A stretch of DNA of 64,000 bases from Candidatus Latescibacterota bacterium (GCA_965219995.1 CBDCOX010000002.1:224001-288000), one strand, 5' to 3'; numbered from the stretch's first letter, positions 9,270-20,035 are shown. The notes: a model not told the origin generated them from the letters alone. Made by a program: numbers and translations.

Positions 9270-10640
9270 ATGAAGAGAGAGCACATCTGGGCGCATCATG
9301 AGTGGGACGCAACGATCAACTGGAAGTTGATGGAAGGCGGCTACGCCAACATGCAGAGCGTGAAACCGGGGGAGGAAATCACCTTGCACATTTCGAGCTC
9401 ACGGTCGTACTACGAGATCTTCATCTTCCGGGAAGGCGCCAAACGGGAACTGGTCAAGACAATAGAGGGCCTGCGCGGGACGCTTCAGGAGGTTCCGGAA
9501 CTGGGCTATCGGGATGGCTACGGGTGGGCGCCGGCGGTGTCCTTCGTCATTCCGGATACGTGGAAGAGCGGAATTTATATCGCAACCTTCCCGACCGGAC
9601 AGGGGCTGCGCGAGATTTTCTTCGTGGTCCGTCCGAGGTCACCCGAATCTCCGATGTTGCTGACGGTTGCGACGAATACCTACCAGGCCTACAACAACGT
9701 GGGCGGCAAGTGCTTCTACGACTATATATCAACCGACCGGCAGCATGCCAAGCTGCTCAGTTTCGAACGCCCCCTTCAGATGGAGTGCCTGGGCAACTTC
9801 TACATCTGGGACCAGTTTTTCACCTCGTGGCTGGATGCGGAGGGGTACGGCGTCGATTATTGCGTGAACGGCGACCACGACGCGGAACCCGATATTCTGA
9901 ACGACTACCGGGCAAACGTGCGTTTCTGCCACGACGAATACAACAGCAGAAACGAGTGCGAACAGTTACAGCGTTTCGTTCAGAATGGAGGCAATCTCAT
10001 CCTGTTCGGCGGGAACTGTTTCTGCCAGGAAATCGAGCTGAGAAACCACGGCAGGCAGATTTATTGCGCAAAGCCCTACTATCACGATCATCCCACGCCC
10101 GAGCGTCCGGAAACGTCGTTTCTCTGCTTTCTGGACGACCTTCGCCAGCGCACGATCGGCGTGTTCTACACGTCGTTTGTCCACACGAAGACGTCAGATC
10201 CGAATGTTTTCCTGGCTCCCACGACCGGGGACTGGGGGTACTACCGCGTGTGCGACCCGGAACACTGGGTGTATGAGGGAACAGGGTTGGCCGAGGGGGA
10301 CGAATTCGGACGGGAGGACTCGATCGTCGGCGTGGAGGCGGACGCGGCGGACCTGAAATTCAATGACGGCCGGCCCGTGTACACGGGTGCGGACGGGGTA
10401 TCGCCGGAGTACAGGATCGTGGCGCTTGCGGATTGCATGACCCCCGACGGTCACCGTCTGGCGAAGGAAGGGGGGAAAGAGGGCGTTGCGCCGTGCTACG
10501 GCACGGTGGCCATCAATGAAACGGAGTTCGAGGGCACGGTCTTCAACGCCGCCACCATCGAATGGGCTCATGGGTTGTACCGTGATGAGAGCGTGGTGGC
10601 CGGGATTACCCGCAACGTTCTGGACAGGTTGGCGACGTAA
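9270..10640 (+). CDS. N,N-dimethylformamidase beta-subunit family domain protein
   Basis: EGGYAN-SVKPGE, W(K)SGIY, TNTYQAYNNVGGKCFY, SFERP, HDEY, GGN, VGVEAD, VFNAATIEW, ITRNVL. Confidence 0.75.
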   Translation: MKREHIWAHHEWDATINWKLMEGGYANMQSVKPGEEITLHISSSRSYYEIFIFREGAKRELVKTIEGLRGTLQEVPELGYRDGYGWAPAVSFVIPDTWKSGIYIATFPTGQGLREIFFVVRPRSPESPMLLTVATNTYQAYNNVGGKCFYDYISTDRQHAKLLSFERPLQMECLGNFYIWDQFFTSWLDAEGYGVDYCVNGDHDAEPDILNDYRANVRFCHDEYNSRNECEQLQRFVQNGGNLILFGGNCFCQEIELRNHGRQIYCAKPYYHDHPTPERPETSFLCFLDDLRQRTIGVFYTSFVHTKTSDPNVFLAPTTGDWGYYRVCDPEHWVYEGTGLAEGDEFGREDSIVGVEADAADLKFNDGRPVYTGADGVSPEYRIVALADCMTPDGHRLAKEGGKEGVAPCYGTVAINETEFEGTVFNAATIEWAHGLYRDESVVAGITRNVLDRLAT

Positions 10641-10699
10641 CGGGACCGATCCGGTTTCTCACGGCAACACATGGAAACGCTTCGAACGGGGTACAGCCA

Positions 10700-12367
10700 A
10701 TGTCTGATGCGGGTGTGCGAATTCAATTGGACCTGAGCATCCCGATGAGAGACGGGGTGACGCTCTACGGCGCGGCATATCGGCCCGCGCACGGCGAGTG
10801 CTTTCCCGTTCTGCTGATCCGGTCGCCCTACAGTACCGAGCATCCCAGATACGTGGACTGGGCGGTCCGGTTCGCGAGGTCCGGCTACGCGGTGATCATG
10901 GTGGACAGCAGGGGGCGGTACGAATCGGAAGGGGAGTGGCGGGCCTATGCGGACGAAGCTCGCGACGGCTACGACACGCAACAATGGATCGGGGCGCAGG
11001 CATGGTGCGACGGGAATATCGGGATGTTCGGGATTTCCTATCCGGGCTTCACCCAGATTCTGCCGGCCCCGTTCCGGAGCCCCTTCGTCAAGGGGCTGAT
11101 GCCCATCGCAAACCAGGAGGACAACTACGGTCACCTGCGCTACAATGGTCTCCTTCAGCTGCAGAATGCGATGAACTGGATCTGGCTCGGAGGACGGACC
11201 AACCAGAACGCGCCGCGGGAACTGCTGGACTGGGAACGCATCTACCGCCGGCTGCCGCTGATCTCGGCAATGGACGGCATCGCGGAACGGCCTTTTTTCA
11301 GAGAGGTGGTCCGGCACGGCGAATTCGACGAATTCTGGTCGTCAACCAGCATGAAAGGCCGGTACCGGGAAGTGAACGCGCCGGCCTATTTCGTCACGGG
11401 ATGGTACGACAATCTCGTCCACGAGGGCTTCAAGTGTTTTCGCGGCTGGCGTACGGAGCCGGCAGACGCCCGGACCCGAACGTTGACCCGCCTGTTGGTC
11501 GGGCCGTGGACGCATTCGCAGATCGGGAGCGCGGAGCCGTACGGGGACATCGATTTCGGATCGAATGCCGCGGTGGATATTCCCGGCGAACACCTGCGCT
11601 GGTACGACCGGCGGCTGCGCGGAATCGATACGGGGATCGACGAGGAGCCGCCCGTCAGGATCTTTGTGATGGGCCGGAATTCCTGGCGGTGGGAAAACGA
11701 GTGGCCGCTGGCGCGAACGAAATACACGGCGTACTATCTCCACAGCGGCGGCCGCGCCAATACTTCGTTCGGCGATGGAACGCTCAGCCGTGAAGCGCCG
11801 GGGGACGAGCCCGCGGACCGGTTCGACTACGATCCGGAGGATCCGGTGACCACCGTGGGCGGGCAGAGCATGTTTTCCGCCAACACGGGTCCCCGGGACC
11901 GGCGGGGCCTGGAAACCCGCGAGGACGTGCTGGTATACACAACGGAAGCCCTGACGTCGGACGTGGAGGTGACCGGCCCCGTGGAACTCACCCTGTTCGC
12001 CGCATCGGATGCGCGCGATACGGACTTTACGGCCACCCTGGTCGACGTGTATCCCGATGGCGCGGCGATCCACATTACGGAGGGCATCGTGCGGGCCCGT
12101 TACCGAGAATCTTTTCGCAGGCCGAGTCCGATCCGTCCGGGGGCGGTGGTGGAATACCGGATCGTACTCTGGGAGACGAGTAATCTGTTCAAGGCCGGCC
12201 ATCGGATCAGGCTGGAAGTCTCCAGCAGCAACTTTCCCCGTTTCGACCGGAATCTCAACACCGGCAATACCCCCGGCCTGGACGACGAAATGAGAGTCGC
12301 CCGTCAGACGATCCATCACAGCGGCCAATATGTCTCCTTTCTGCGTCTCCCGGTCATTCCCCAATGA
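10700..12367 (+). CDS. CocE/NonD family serine hydrolase
   Basis: PMRDGVTL, RSPY, DSRGRYESEG, GISYPG nucleophile motif, GWYD, GPWTH, SSSNFPRFDRNLNTG. Confidence 0.92.
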   Translation: MSDAGVRIQLDLSIPMRDGVTLYGAAYRPAHGECFPVLLIRSPYSTEHPRYVDWAVRFARSGYAVIMVDSRGRYESEGEWRAYADEARDGYDTQQWIGAQAWCDGNIGMFGISYPGFTQILPAPFRSPFVKGLMPIANQEDNYGHLRYNGLLQLQNAMNWIWLGGRTNQNAPRELLDWERIYRRLPLISAMDGIAERPFFREVVRHGEFDEFWSSTSMKGRYREVNAPAYFVTGWYDNLVHEGFKCFRGWRTEPADARTRTLTRLLVGPWTHSQIGSAEPYGDIDFGSNAAVDIPGEHLRWYDRRLRGIDTGIDEEPPVRIFVMGRNSWRWENEWPLARTKYTAYYLHSGGRANTSFGDGTLSREAPGDEPADRFDYDPEDPVTTVGGQSMFSANTGPRDRRGLETREDVLVYTTEALTSDVEVTGPVELTLFAASDARDTDFTATLVDVYPDGAAIHITEGIVRARYRESFRRPSPIRPGAVVEYRIVLWETSNLFKAGHRIRLEVSSSNFPRFDRNLNTGNTPGLDDEMRVARQTIHHSGQYVSFLRLPVIPQ

Positions 12368-14463
12368 ATCGGACTTCATATCGAATCGGCGCCGACGTTG
12401 GCGGAACCTTCACGGATGTCATCCTCATGGACGGCGAGGGGAATATATGGACCCACAAGATCCCCTCGACGCCGCCGGACTTCGAGCAGGCCGTGCTGGA
12501 CGCCATCGCCCGCCTGCTGGGAGATTCCGGCATCCCGGGCGGAGAGATCGGTGATGTCTCCCACGGGACCACCGTGGCGACGAATGCGGTCCTGGAGCGG
12601 CGGGGCGCCAGGACCGCGCTGATTACCACGCGCGGATTCCGGGACGTTCTGGAACTGAGGCGCATCAGGGCGCCGCAGATGTACGATCTGTTCTTCGACA
12701 AGCCTGAACCGCTGGTGGCCCGGTATCTCAGGTTCGAGGTGACCGAACGCTTTGCCGCGAATGGTGACGTTCTGGCGCCCCTGGACGAGGCGGACCTCAA
12801 GGCGGTCATCTCAGCGCTGGAGAAGGAAAGGGTGGAGTCGATTGCGGTCTGCACGCTTCACTCGTACGCGTATCCCGAGCATGAACACGCAATTGGCCGG
12901 TGTCTCGAAGGCGCGTGTCCCGGTGTACCGGTGTCTCTCTCGACGGAGATTCTGCCGGAGCGGCGGGAGTACGAACGAACGGCAACCACGGTGCTGAATG
13001 CGTACGTGCGTCCGGTGATGCAGCGTTATCTCACGGCGATGCGGGATGGGCTGAGTGAGCAGGGCATTCTGGCGCCGGTGCTGATCATGCAGTCCGCCGG
13101 GGGACTGACGCCTGAAGCCGACGCGGCGCGGCGTCCGGTGTACGTTCTCGAGTCGGGACCCGCGGCCGGCGTTTTCGCCGCCCGTTCCGCCGGCGAGCAA
13201 CTGGAAATCGACGACCTCATCACGTTCGATATGGGAGGCACCACTGCCAAGGCGTCCATCATCGAGAATGGCGAAATCTCCTACAGCCCGGAATACGAGG
13301 TCGGCGCGTCCGTATCGGCCGGAAACCGGCTGGTGGGCGGAGGCGGGGAGCTGATCCGCGCGCCCAGCATCGATATCGCGGAGGTGGGATCGGGCGGCGG
13401 CAGCGTGGCCTGGCTGGATGGGGCCGGCGGGTTGCGGGTGGGGCCAAGAAGCGCGGGCGCGGTTCCGGGCCCCGCATGTTACGGCCGGGGAGGTACGGAG
13501 CCCACAGTGACCGACGCGAATGTGGTGCTCGGATATATCCGGCCGGGCGAATTGGCCGACGGGGAGGTCTCCGTAGACCTTGAGGCGGCGAGAAGGATCG
13601 TCCACGACCGGATCGCGGGTCCGCTGGGCATGGACCTGCTCGAAGCGGCCGAGGGCATACACCGCATTGCCAATGCCCGGTGTATGCGAGCGCTTCGGTC
13701 CGTGTCCACCGAGCGGGGCCGCGATCCAAGGGCGTTCGCTTTGATCGCCTTCGGCGGGTCCGGTCCGATTCATGCAGCCGGGCTGGCCAAAGAGCTCCTC
13801 AGCCCCAGGGTGATCGTACCTCCGCTGCCGGGGCTGTTCAGCGCGCTGGGGCTGCTGTTTTCCGGCGTTGAACATCATGAAATATACAGTTGTCTGCTCT
13901 CCGGCGACGGACTGAGCGCCGGGGCGCTCGGCGGCATCCAGACGGACCTGAAACAGAAAATGCTGGCCAGGTTCGGGGCAGAGGGGTATTCCGCCGAACA
14001 GGTGGCGTTGTACGACAGTGTCGACGTGCGTTTCAGAGGCCAGGCGTCCGAAATCCGGATTCCGGTGCCGGAGTCACCGGCGACGGACGCAGCTATTGGT
14101 CGTCTGCGCGGAGCGTTTGAACGCGCCCATCGGCAGATGTACGGACATTCGTCGGACCCGGACAATCCGGTCGAGGTGGTTGCCGTTCGTCTGATCGGCA
14201 GAACCGCCCGCCGCGACGCAAGTGGCCGGATGCGCGCCATGCGGCGCAGCGGGCCGGGCACCTCGGCGCGTCGGGCGTATTTCGGAAAGGCCTGGGGGAC
14301 CGTGGAAACGCCCGTGATCGAACGAGCGGATCTGACTGCGCCGCGGGTCGGGCCCCTGCTGATCGATGAATACGACTCCACAATCGTGGTGCCGCCGGAA
14401 ATGCGGGCGTATCGGGACCGGCAGGATTACCTGATTCTGGAAGCCGCCGGGGGGCAGGGATAA
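12364..14463 (+). CDS. Hydantoinase A / oxoprolinase family, ATP-binding subunit
   Basis: DVGGTFTD, HGTTVATN, ESGPAAG, DMGGTT, GPRSAGAVPGPACYGRGG, AFGGSGPIH; ATGA overlap with the CocE gene. Confidence 0.93.
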   Translation: MNRTSYRIGADVGGTFTDVILMDGEGNIWTHKIPSTPPDFEQAVLDAIARLLGDSGIPGGEIGDVSHGTTVATNAVLERRGARTALITTRGFRDVLELRRIRAPQMYDLFFDKPEPLVARYLRFEVTERFAANGDVLAPLDEADLKAVISALEKERVESIAVCTLHSYAYPEHEHAIGRCLEGACPGVPVSLSTEILPERREYERTATTVLNAYVRPVMQRYLTAMRDGLSEQGILAPVLIMQSAGGLTPEADAARRPVYVLESGPAAGVFAARSAGEQLEIDDLITFDMGGTTAKASIIENGEISYSPEYEVGASVSAGNRLVGGGGELIRAPSIDIAEVGSGGGSVAWLDGAGGLRVGPRSAGAVPGPACYGRGGTEPTVTDANVVLGYIRPGELADGEVSVDLEAARRIVHDRIAGPLGMDLLEAAEGIHRIANARCMRALRSVSTERGRDPRAFALIAFGGSGPIHAAGLAKELLSPRVIVPPLPGLFSALGLLFSGVEHHEIYSCLLSGDGLSAGALGGIQTDLKQKMLARFGAEGYSAEQVALYDSVDVRFRGQASEIRIPVPESPATDAAIGRLRGAFERAHRQMYGHSSDPDNPVEVVAVRLIGRTARRDASGRMRAMRRSGPGTSARRAYFGKAWGTVETPVIERADLTAPRVGPLLIDEYDSTIVVPPEMRAYRDRQDYLILEAAGGQG

Positions 14464-14495
14464 GCCGCGGCGCCGCCGGGAAGGTCGATGGCACG

Positions 14496-16250
14496 ATGAC
14501 GGAAATAGACCCGATCACGCGTGAGATCATGCAGAATGCACTGGCTGCGGCCGCCGACGAAATGAGCGCCGCGCTGTATCGCACGGCCTATTCCACCATC
14601 GTGCGCGACTGCCTGGACTACTCCACGTCGCTGTGCAGTGCGGATGGCCAGATGATCGCGCAGGGCGTCACGATACCACTGCATCTGGGATCTGTCCCGT
14701 ATGCTCTGAATGCGCTGCTCGAGCGGTTCGGCGATGACATCAACCCCGGCGACGTGTTCATCCTGAACGATCCGTTCGACGGCGGGATGCACATTCCGGA
14801 CATCTTTATCGTACAACCGGTCTTCTGGAACGGTGAGCGGGTGGCTTTTGCGGTGAGTACGGCGCACCATCTGGATCTGGGCGGACGCCTTCCCGGCAGT
14901 TCCGCCTGCGACAACACGGAGATCTTTCAGGAAGGGTTTCGCATTCCGTGGCTGAAGCTCTATCGCCGGGGCGAGCCCGACGAGTCCATATTTTCCCTGA
15001 TCCGTGCGAACGTGCGCGTGCCCCAGATGACGATCGGGGATATCAGGGCGCAGTTGGCGGCCTGCCATATGGGGGAACGGGCGGTGCATGCGCTGATCGA
15101 GCGGTACGGATCCGGGACGTTTCTGGCGTGCGCGCAGGATCTGATCGACTATACGGAACGGCTGGTTCGTGCGGAGATTGCTTCGTGGCCCGATGGCTCC
15201 CATACCTTTACCGATTTCCTGGACAGCGACGGGGTGGGCGGGCCCAGGGTGCGGATCCGGGTGACCGTAACCGTGCGGGGAGACTCGCTCACGGCCGATT
15301 TCACGGGGACGGACCCCCAGGTTCGCGGCGCCGTCAACAGTACGCTCTCGTTTACCGCGGCCGTCGTGGCCCTTTGCGTGCGCGCCGTAATGCGGGAGGA
15401 GATTCCGAATACGGAAGGGATGTTCCGGCCGCTGGAGATCATCGCGCCCGAGGGTACGCTCGTGAACGTGAGGATGCCGGGCGCGTCGTCGATGCGCGGC
15501 GTGACCGGGTTCCGGATGACGGACGTCGTGTTCGGGGCGCTGGCCGGGCTGCTGCCCGACCGTGTGCCGGCCGCCGGCGAAGGCGGCAACACGCTGGTCA
15601 TCATCGGCGGACAGCGGCAGGACCGGTCGCCTTACGTCTATTATGAGTTGCTCTCCGGGACATGGGGGGCGCGGCCGGACAGGGACGGAAACGACGGACT
15701 GTGCAATCCGGCCAACGTGGCCAGCAATATACCCGTTGAACAGGCCGAATGCGAATATCCCGTGAGAATCGACCGGTACGGACTGGTCCGCGACAGCGGC
15801 GGTGCGGGCAAGTACCGGGGCGGATTGGCGATCGAGCGGGAGTGGACGCTGCTTTCGGGAGAAGCGCATCTGGCAATCCGGTCCGATCGACGAGACCATC
15901 TGCCCTACGGATTGTGCGGGGGCCAACCGGCGACGGGGTCGACAAACGTGCTCTATGACAGCGACGGCGGCGAGGAGTTGCCGACGATGATTTCGACGAC
16001 GATGGGGGCCGGAGAGCGGATCTACCACCGGCAGGCGGGCGGCGGGGGATGGGGAAATCCGATGGAACGGGACCCGGGGGCGGTCGCGCGGGACGTGAAA
16101 AACGGGAAGGTGTCGGTGGACCGGGCGCGGGAGCAGTACGGCGTGGTGATCGAAAGCGGGACGCTGGCGGTCAACGAGACGGAAACAGGGAAGGCGCGGC
16201 GGAGGATGGCGCCGCCCGGTACCGTGTCCGAAGGCGGCGACGTGGGTTGA
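14496..16250 (+). CDS. Hydantoinase B / oxoprolinase family subunit
   Basis: DPITREI, RTAYS, NDPFDGGMHIPD, HHLDLGG, DSGGAGKYRGG, GGGGWGNP. Confidence 0.93.
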   Translation: MTEIDPITREIMQNALAAAADEMSAALYRTAYSTIVRDCLDYSTSLCSADGQMIAQGVTIPLHLGSVPYALNALLERFGDDINPGDVFILNDPFDGGMHIPDIFIVQPVFWNGERVAFAVSTAHHLDLGGRLPGSSACDNTEIFQEGFRIPWLKLYRRGEPDESIFSLIRANVRVPQMTIGDIRAQLAACHMGERAVHALIERYGSGTFLACAQDLIDYTERLVRAEIASWPDGSHTFTDFLDSDGVGGPRVRIRVTVTVRGDSLTADFTGTDPQVRGAVNSTLSFTAAVVALCVRAVMREEIPNTEGMFRPLEIIAPEGTLVNVRMPGASSMRGVTGFRMTDVVFGALAGLLPDRVPAAGEGGNTLVIIGGQRQDRSPYVYYELLSGTWGARPDRDGNDGLCNPANVASNIPVEQAECEYPVRIDRYGLVRDSGGAGKYRGGLAIEREWTLLSGEAHLAIRSDRRDHLPYGLCGGQPATGSTNVLYDSDGGEELPTMISTTMGAGERIYHRQAGGGGWGNPMERDPGAVARDVKNGKVSVDRAREQYGVVIESGTLAVNETETGKARRRMAPPGTVSEGGDVG

Positions 16251-16275
16251 CTCGGGCGCGGAATGGTGGTATATT
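16247..16275 (+). promoter_or_regulatory. Sigma70-type promoter of the ankyrin gene
   Basis: TTGACT-17 bp-TATATT with extended -10 TG, about 50 bp upstream of the ATG. Confidence 0.6.
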
Positions 16276-16324
16276 TGGATTGAGGCTGGCGGAAGATCTG
16301 ATGACGTTAATCAGGAGGTGTCCT

Positions 16325-17170
16325 ATGTCCCGAAAAATCAATCAGTTCATTCTGGTTCTTCTGTTGTTCGGGTTCGCGGGCTGCAGCGCCCCGCTGACGG
16401 AGTTGTCGCGGCGCGGAGACGCCAGGGGCGTTCAGCGGGCCCTCGAACGCGGACGCGACGTAAACGCAAGGACGCCGCAGGGCCACAGCCCGCTGACGCT
16501 GGCATCCAGAGAGGGTCACCTGGAGGTCGTTCTCGACCTGCTCCGGGCCGGCGCGGACGTCCACGCCGTGGCCTGGACCGTAGGCGCCCACACCATTGAA
16601 AGCCAGGACCGACACGGCGGCTACGCGTTCATCAGGGAACGGTACGTCAATCCCGACAGTTCCGGCCCGCAGTCCAGATTCATGGCGCAGCGTACGCGCG
16701 GCTCGGCCGGCTGGGTGCTCAGAGACGGGAAGACAGCGCTGATGCTGGCTGCCGAGGCGGGTCACGAGGACGTGGTCCAGGCGCTGGTCGAGGGCGGCGC
16801 CGACCTGTTTGCGACCAGCGGCGGTGAAGTCGTGACCGCGGGAATGCCTTCGTTCAAGGATTACGATGCGTATATCTCCGGATATACCGGCGCGCAACCC
16901 GAAGACATCGGCCGCGAAGAGGATAAACATGGCGGCAGTTACTACGGGCCCGAGCACGGCCGTGTTCTCTATTACGATATTGTCCATTCCTATCCCGAGC
17001 GTCCTTCCTGGTCGATCGGCGGAAGCACGGCGCTGGACCTCGCGTACCGGAACGGACACAAAAAGACCATCGAGTTTCTCCTGGAAGCCGGCGCGGGAAT
17101 GACACCGTCGAAACTGAATCAGAATCCTCCAACGTCCGGTGAAGAGGCGACCGATGTCTCTGAGGATTAA
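16325..17170 (+). CDS. Ankyrin-repeat lipoprotein
   Basis: AGGAGG RBS; signal peptide with lipobox FAGC; repeats GHSPLTLASREGHLEVV, GKTALMLAAEAGHEDVV and GSTALDLAYRNGHKKTI. Confidence 0.8.
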   Translation: MSRKINQFILVLLLFGFAGCSAPLTELSRRGDARGVQRALERGRDVNARTPQGHSPLTLASREGHLEVVLDLLRAGADVHAVAWTVGAHTIESQDRHGGYAFIRERYVNPDSSGPQSRFMAQRTRGSAGWVLRDGKTALMLAAEAGHEDVVQALVEGGADLFATSGGEVVTAGMPSFKDYDAYISGYTGAQPEDIGREEDKHGGSYYGPEHGRVLYYDIVHSYPERPSWSIGGSTALDLAYRNGHKKTIEFLLEAGAGMTPSKLNQNPPTSGEEATDVSED

Positions 17171-17292
17171 CCGTTTCAGAACTGGTTCCTGAAGCGTTCT
17201 TGTCCGTTGGATATTCGGTCTCGTAACAGTACATCCTTGCGAGACCGTTTTTGTATCGGTGTATCTGGATTCCGTAATAACGTGAAGCCATC

Positions 17293-18882
17293 ATGGATCT
17301 GGTGATTTCGGGCGGTACGGTAGTTGACGGTACCGGCGCCGCTCCCGTCCCGGGAGACGTGGCCGTGGCCGACGGCCGGATCGTCGGCGTCGGACGTTTC
17401 CCCTTGCCGGAGGGAGTGCCCTGCGTCGACGCGGCAGGTTGCTACGTAACGCCCGGGTTTATCGATATACACAGTCATTCCGATTTCACGCTGGTCGTGG
17501 ATCCGCGAGCGGTGAGTTCGGTCACGCAGGGCGTGACGCTCGAGGTGGTGGGGAACTGCGGGCACGGTTGCGCGCCCATCATGGACCCGGAGCGCGCCCG
17601 TGCGAACATCTACGGGTGCAGGACCGGTCACGAAATTCAATGGCGCACCGTCGGCGAATACCTGGACGTCCTGGAAGCGCGGCGCCCGGCTGTAAACGTC
17701 GTGACGCTGGTGCCCAACGGAAATCTGAGACTGGCGGTCTGCGACGCGGTGGATCGCCCGTCCACGCCGGATGAACTCGCCACAATGAGACGGATGCTGG
17801 CGCAGGGGATGGAGGAAGGCGCCGCGGGGTATTCCACGGGTCTGGAATACGGCGCCGAGCGGGACTGTCCCGAGAGAGAGATCGCCGACCTGTGCGCGGT
17901 CGCGGCGGAATACGGCGGGATCTACGCAACCCATACCCGCAACCGGATGGGCGAGGCGGAGGAGGCCGTCGAGGAAGCGATCCGTACCGCCGAAACGGCG
18001 GGCGCGCCCCTCCAGATTTCCCACATTTCATCCGTCGCGCGGCTAGCGGACGACGGCGGATGGGCGGTCAATCGGGCACTTGAACAGGTCGACAGTGCGC
18101 GCAGCAGCGGCCTGGACGTGCAGTTCGACATGCACACGCGGCTCTTCGGGACAACCAATCTGAGCGCCGCGCTGCCGTCGTGGGCGCTGGAGGGACATGA
18201 GTGCGACATTGCGCGGCGCCTGCGCGAACCATCCGTTCGGCGGGAGATGGAAGACTGTCAGAGTATCGTCTCCGCGCTGGCGCGCGGAGACTGGGGGCGG
18301 ATCGTCGTCTTCCACTCGCCCGTGCAGCCGGAGCTTGCGGGGAAGAGCATCGCCGAACTTTCCGCCGCCGGAACCGGCAATGCCTTCGACACCATCTGCG
18401 ACGTCCTGGTTGCGGCAGGCGACCGGCTGCACGAAATCATGGTGATCGCGTTCAGCTATCGGGAGGCGGACGTCCGGCCGGCATTCGAACACCCGTTCTG
18501 TATGGTCGGATCCGACGCGACCGCGCTGGCCACCGACGGACCATTGAGAGAAGACACGTTCCACGGCGCCTACACATGGGCATCCTGGTTCTTCCGTCAT
18601 TTCGTACGGGACCGGAAGCTGCTCAGCCCGCAGGAAGCCGTGCGCCGGTTGACGGCGCTGCCGGCCGCCCGGCTGGGGATCGGTGACCGGGGCGTGATTT
18701 GCGAGGGCGCGCGGGCGGATCTGGCCGTTTTCGATCCGGATGGTTTTTCCGAGCGCGGGACCACGTTCGAACCCAACCGCACGGCCGTGGGCATGCGCCA
18801 CGTACTGGTAAACGGCGGCTTCGCGGTGAAGGAAGGCGCCCTTACGGGTCAACGGCACGGCCGGGTATTGCGACACGAATGA
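17293..18882 (+). CDS. N-acyl-D-amino-acid deacylase (D-aminoacylase) family amidohydrolase
   Basis: GGTVVDGTG, PGFIDIHSHSD, QGVT...GNCG, THTR, ISH, GSDA, DLAVFDP. Confidence 0.9.
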   Translation: MDLVISGGTVVDGTGAAPVPGDVAVADGRIVGVGRFPLPEGVPCVDAAGCYVTPGFIDIHSHSDFTLVVDPRAVSSVTQGVTLEVVGNCGHGCAPIMDPERARANIYGCRTGHEIQWRTVGEYLDVLEARRPAVNVVTLVPNGNLRLAVCDAVDRPSTPDELATMRRMLAQGMEEGAAGYSTGLEYGAERDCPEREIADLCAVAAEYGGIYATHTRNRMGEAEEAVEEAIRTAETAGAPLQISHISSVARLADDGGWAVNRALEQVDSARSSGLDVQFDMHTRLFGTTNLSAALPSWALEGHECDIARRLREPSVRREMEDCQSIVSALARGDWGRIVVFHSPVQPELAGKSIAELSAAGTGNAFDTICDVLVAAGDRLHEIMVIAFSYREADVRPAFEHPFCMVGSDATALATDGPLREDTFHGAYTWASWFFRHFVRDRKLLSPQEAVRRLTALPAARLGIGDRGVICEGARADLAVFDPDGFSERGTTFEPNRTAVGMRHVLVNGGFAVKEGALTGQRHGRVLRHE

Positions 18883-18935
18883 CGGCCTGTGTGCCAGTTT
18901 GTCTGTTCACGGTCATTCAGGCGTGGAGAGGATAC

Positions 18936-19937
18936 ATGGAACGGGACCTGCAGTCAGTACGCATCGTCTGGAGATGCAGCGGCGATCATCCGGTCATCGC
19001 GCCGGGACAGTTGCACGCGGATATGGATAGTCGGCGCGCCGGCGCGGCACACGTCATACAGGTCGGGGACCGGTACCGGATGTATTACTGGGGTACCGGT
19101 ACAGACGGACACCATCGAATTCTGATTGCCGAGAGCCCCGTGGATGCGCCCAACGAATGGCAGCCGGCAGGCGTGGCGCTCATCCGGCAGCCGGACACGG
19201 AATACAACGACCAGGGGCCGGGGTTTCCGTTTGTGGTTCCGAGAAACGACGGCCCATGGCTCCTGTACTTTTGCGGTTGGGGGAAACCCAGGGAGGACGG
19301 CAAACTGCCGAATACAACGGGCGTGGCAGTCAGCGACGACGGCGGATACAGGTTCGATACCCCGAAGCGGGAACCCGTTCTGCCATTGGACCGGGACTGG
19401 GACCGGGAGGGCACCGGAAGCGTATGTGTCTTGCGCGTCAATGGCCGTTACCGCATGTATTATACGTCGATCGGTGTCTATTTCGATCGGCCCGAGGGCG
19501 CCATAACGGGCCACGGAGACGTGATTCCACGCATCGGCGTTGCGTACGCAACGTCGCCGGACGGGATCGTGTGGACCAAACCCACAAATGGTCTGATGGT
19601 CAGACCAAGAGGCTTCGACACCGAACCCTACGAATACATCTGTTCGAAGCCCTTCGTCTTACGGGAAGGCGGGGGCTACCGGATGTGGGTGAATACGTTC
19701 GGCACGGCCTATCGGATCAGGAGTCTGGTCGGAACGGACGGCATGGAGTGGCGCTGGTGCGACAGCGGACCCGACGGTGAACTGGGGGTGGGCAGGCCGG
19801 GCGCGTTCGACGACAGACAGCGGTGCTACGTCAGCGTCGTCCGATGCGGAGACGAGTACCGGTGCTGGTATACCGGAAACGGGTTCGGCGTCACGGGGAT
19901 GGGTTACGCGGTGGGGGTGGTTGAAGACGAGCGATGA
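18936..19937 (+). CDS. Beta-propeller glycoside hydrolase-like protein
   Basis: Repeated blade motifs YRMYY, WLLYF, YRMW and YRCWY; SDDG and SPDG Asp-box-like motifs; GGAG RBS. Confidence 0.6.
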   Translation: MERDLQSVRIVWRCSGDHPVIAPGQLHADMDSRRAGAAHVIQVGDRYRMYYWGTGTDGHHRILIAESPVDAPNEWQPAGVALIRQPDTEYNDQGPGFPFVVPRNDGPWLLYFCGWGKPREDGKLPNTTGVAVSDDGGYRFDTPKREPVLPLDRDWDREGTGSVCVLRVNGRYRMYYTSIGVYFDRPEGAITGHGDVIPRIGVAYATSPDGIVWTKPTNGLMVRPRGFDTEPYEYICSKPFVLREGGGYRMWVNTFGTAYRIRSLVGTDGMEWRWCDSGPDGELGVGRPGAFDDRQRCYVSVVRCGDEYRCWYTGNGFGVTGMGYAVGVVEDER

Positions 19938-20035
19938 ACGGGAATCGTTCGATGCGGTCCCGGCGCGGAATCTTCAACCGCCGGGATCGGCGGCAGGGGA
20001 TTCTTGTCCAATGTTGACGATCGGGAGTCAGGCGC

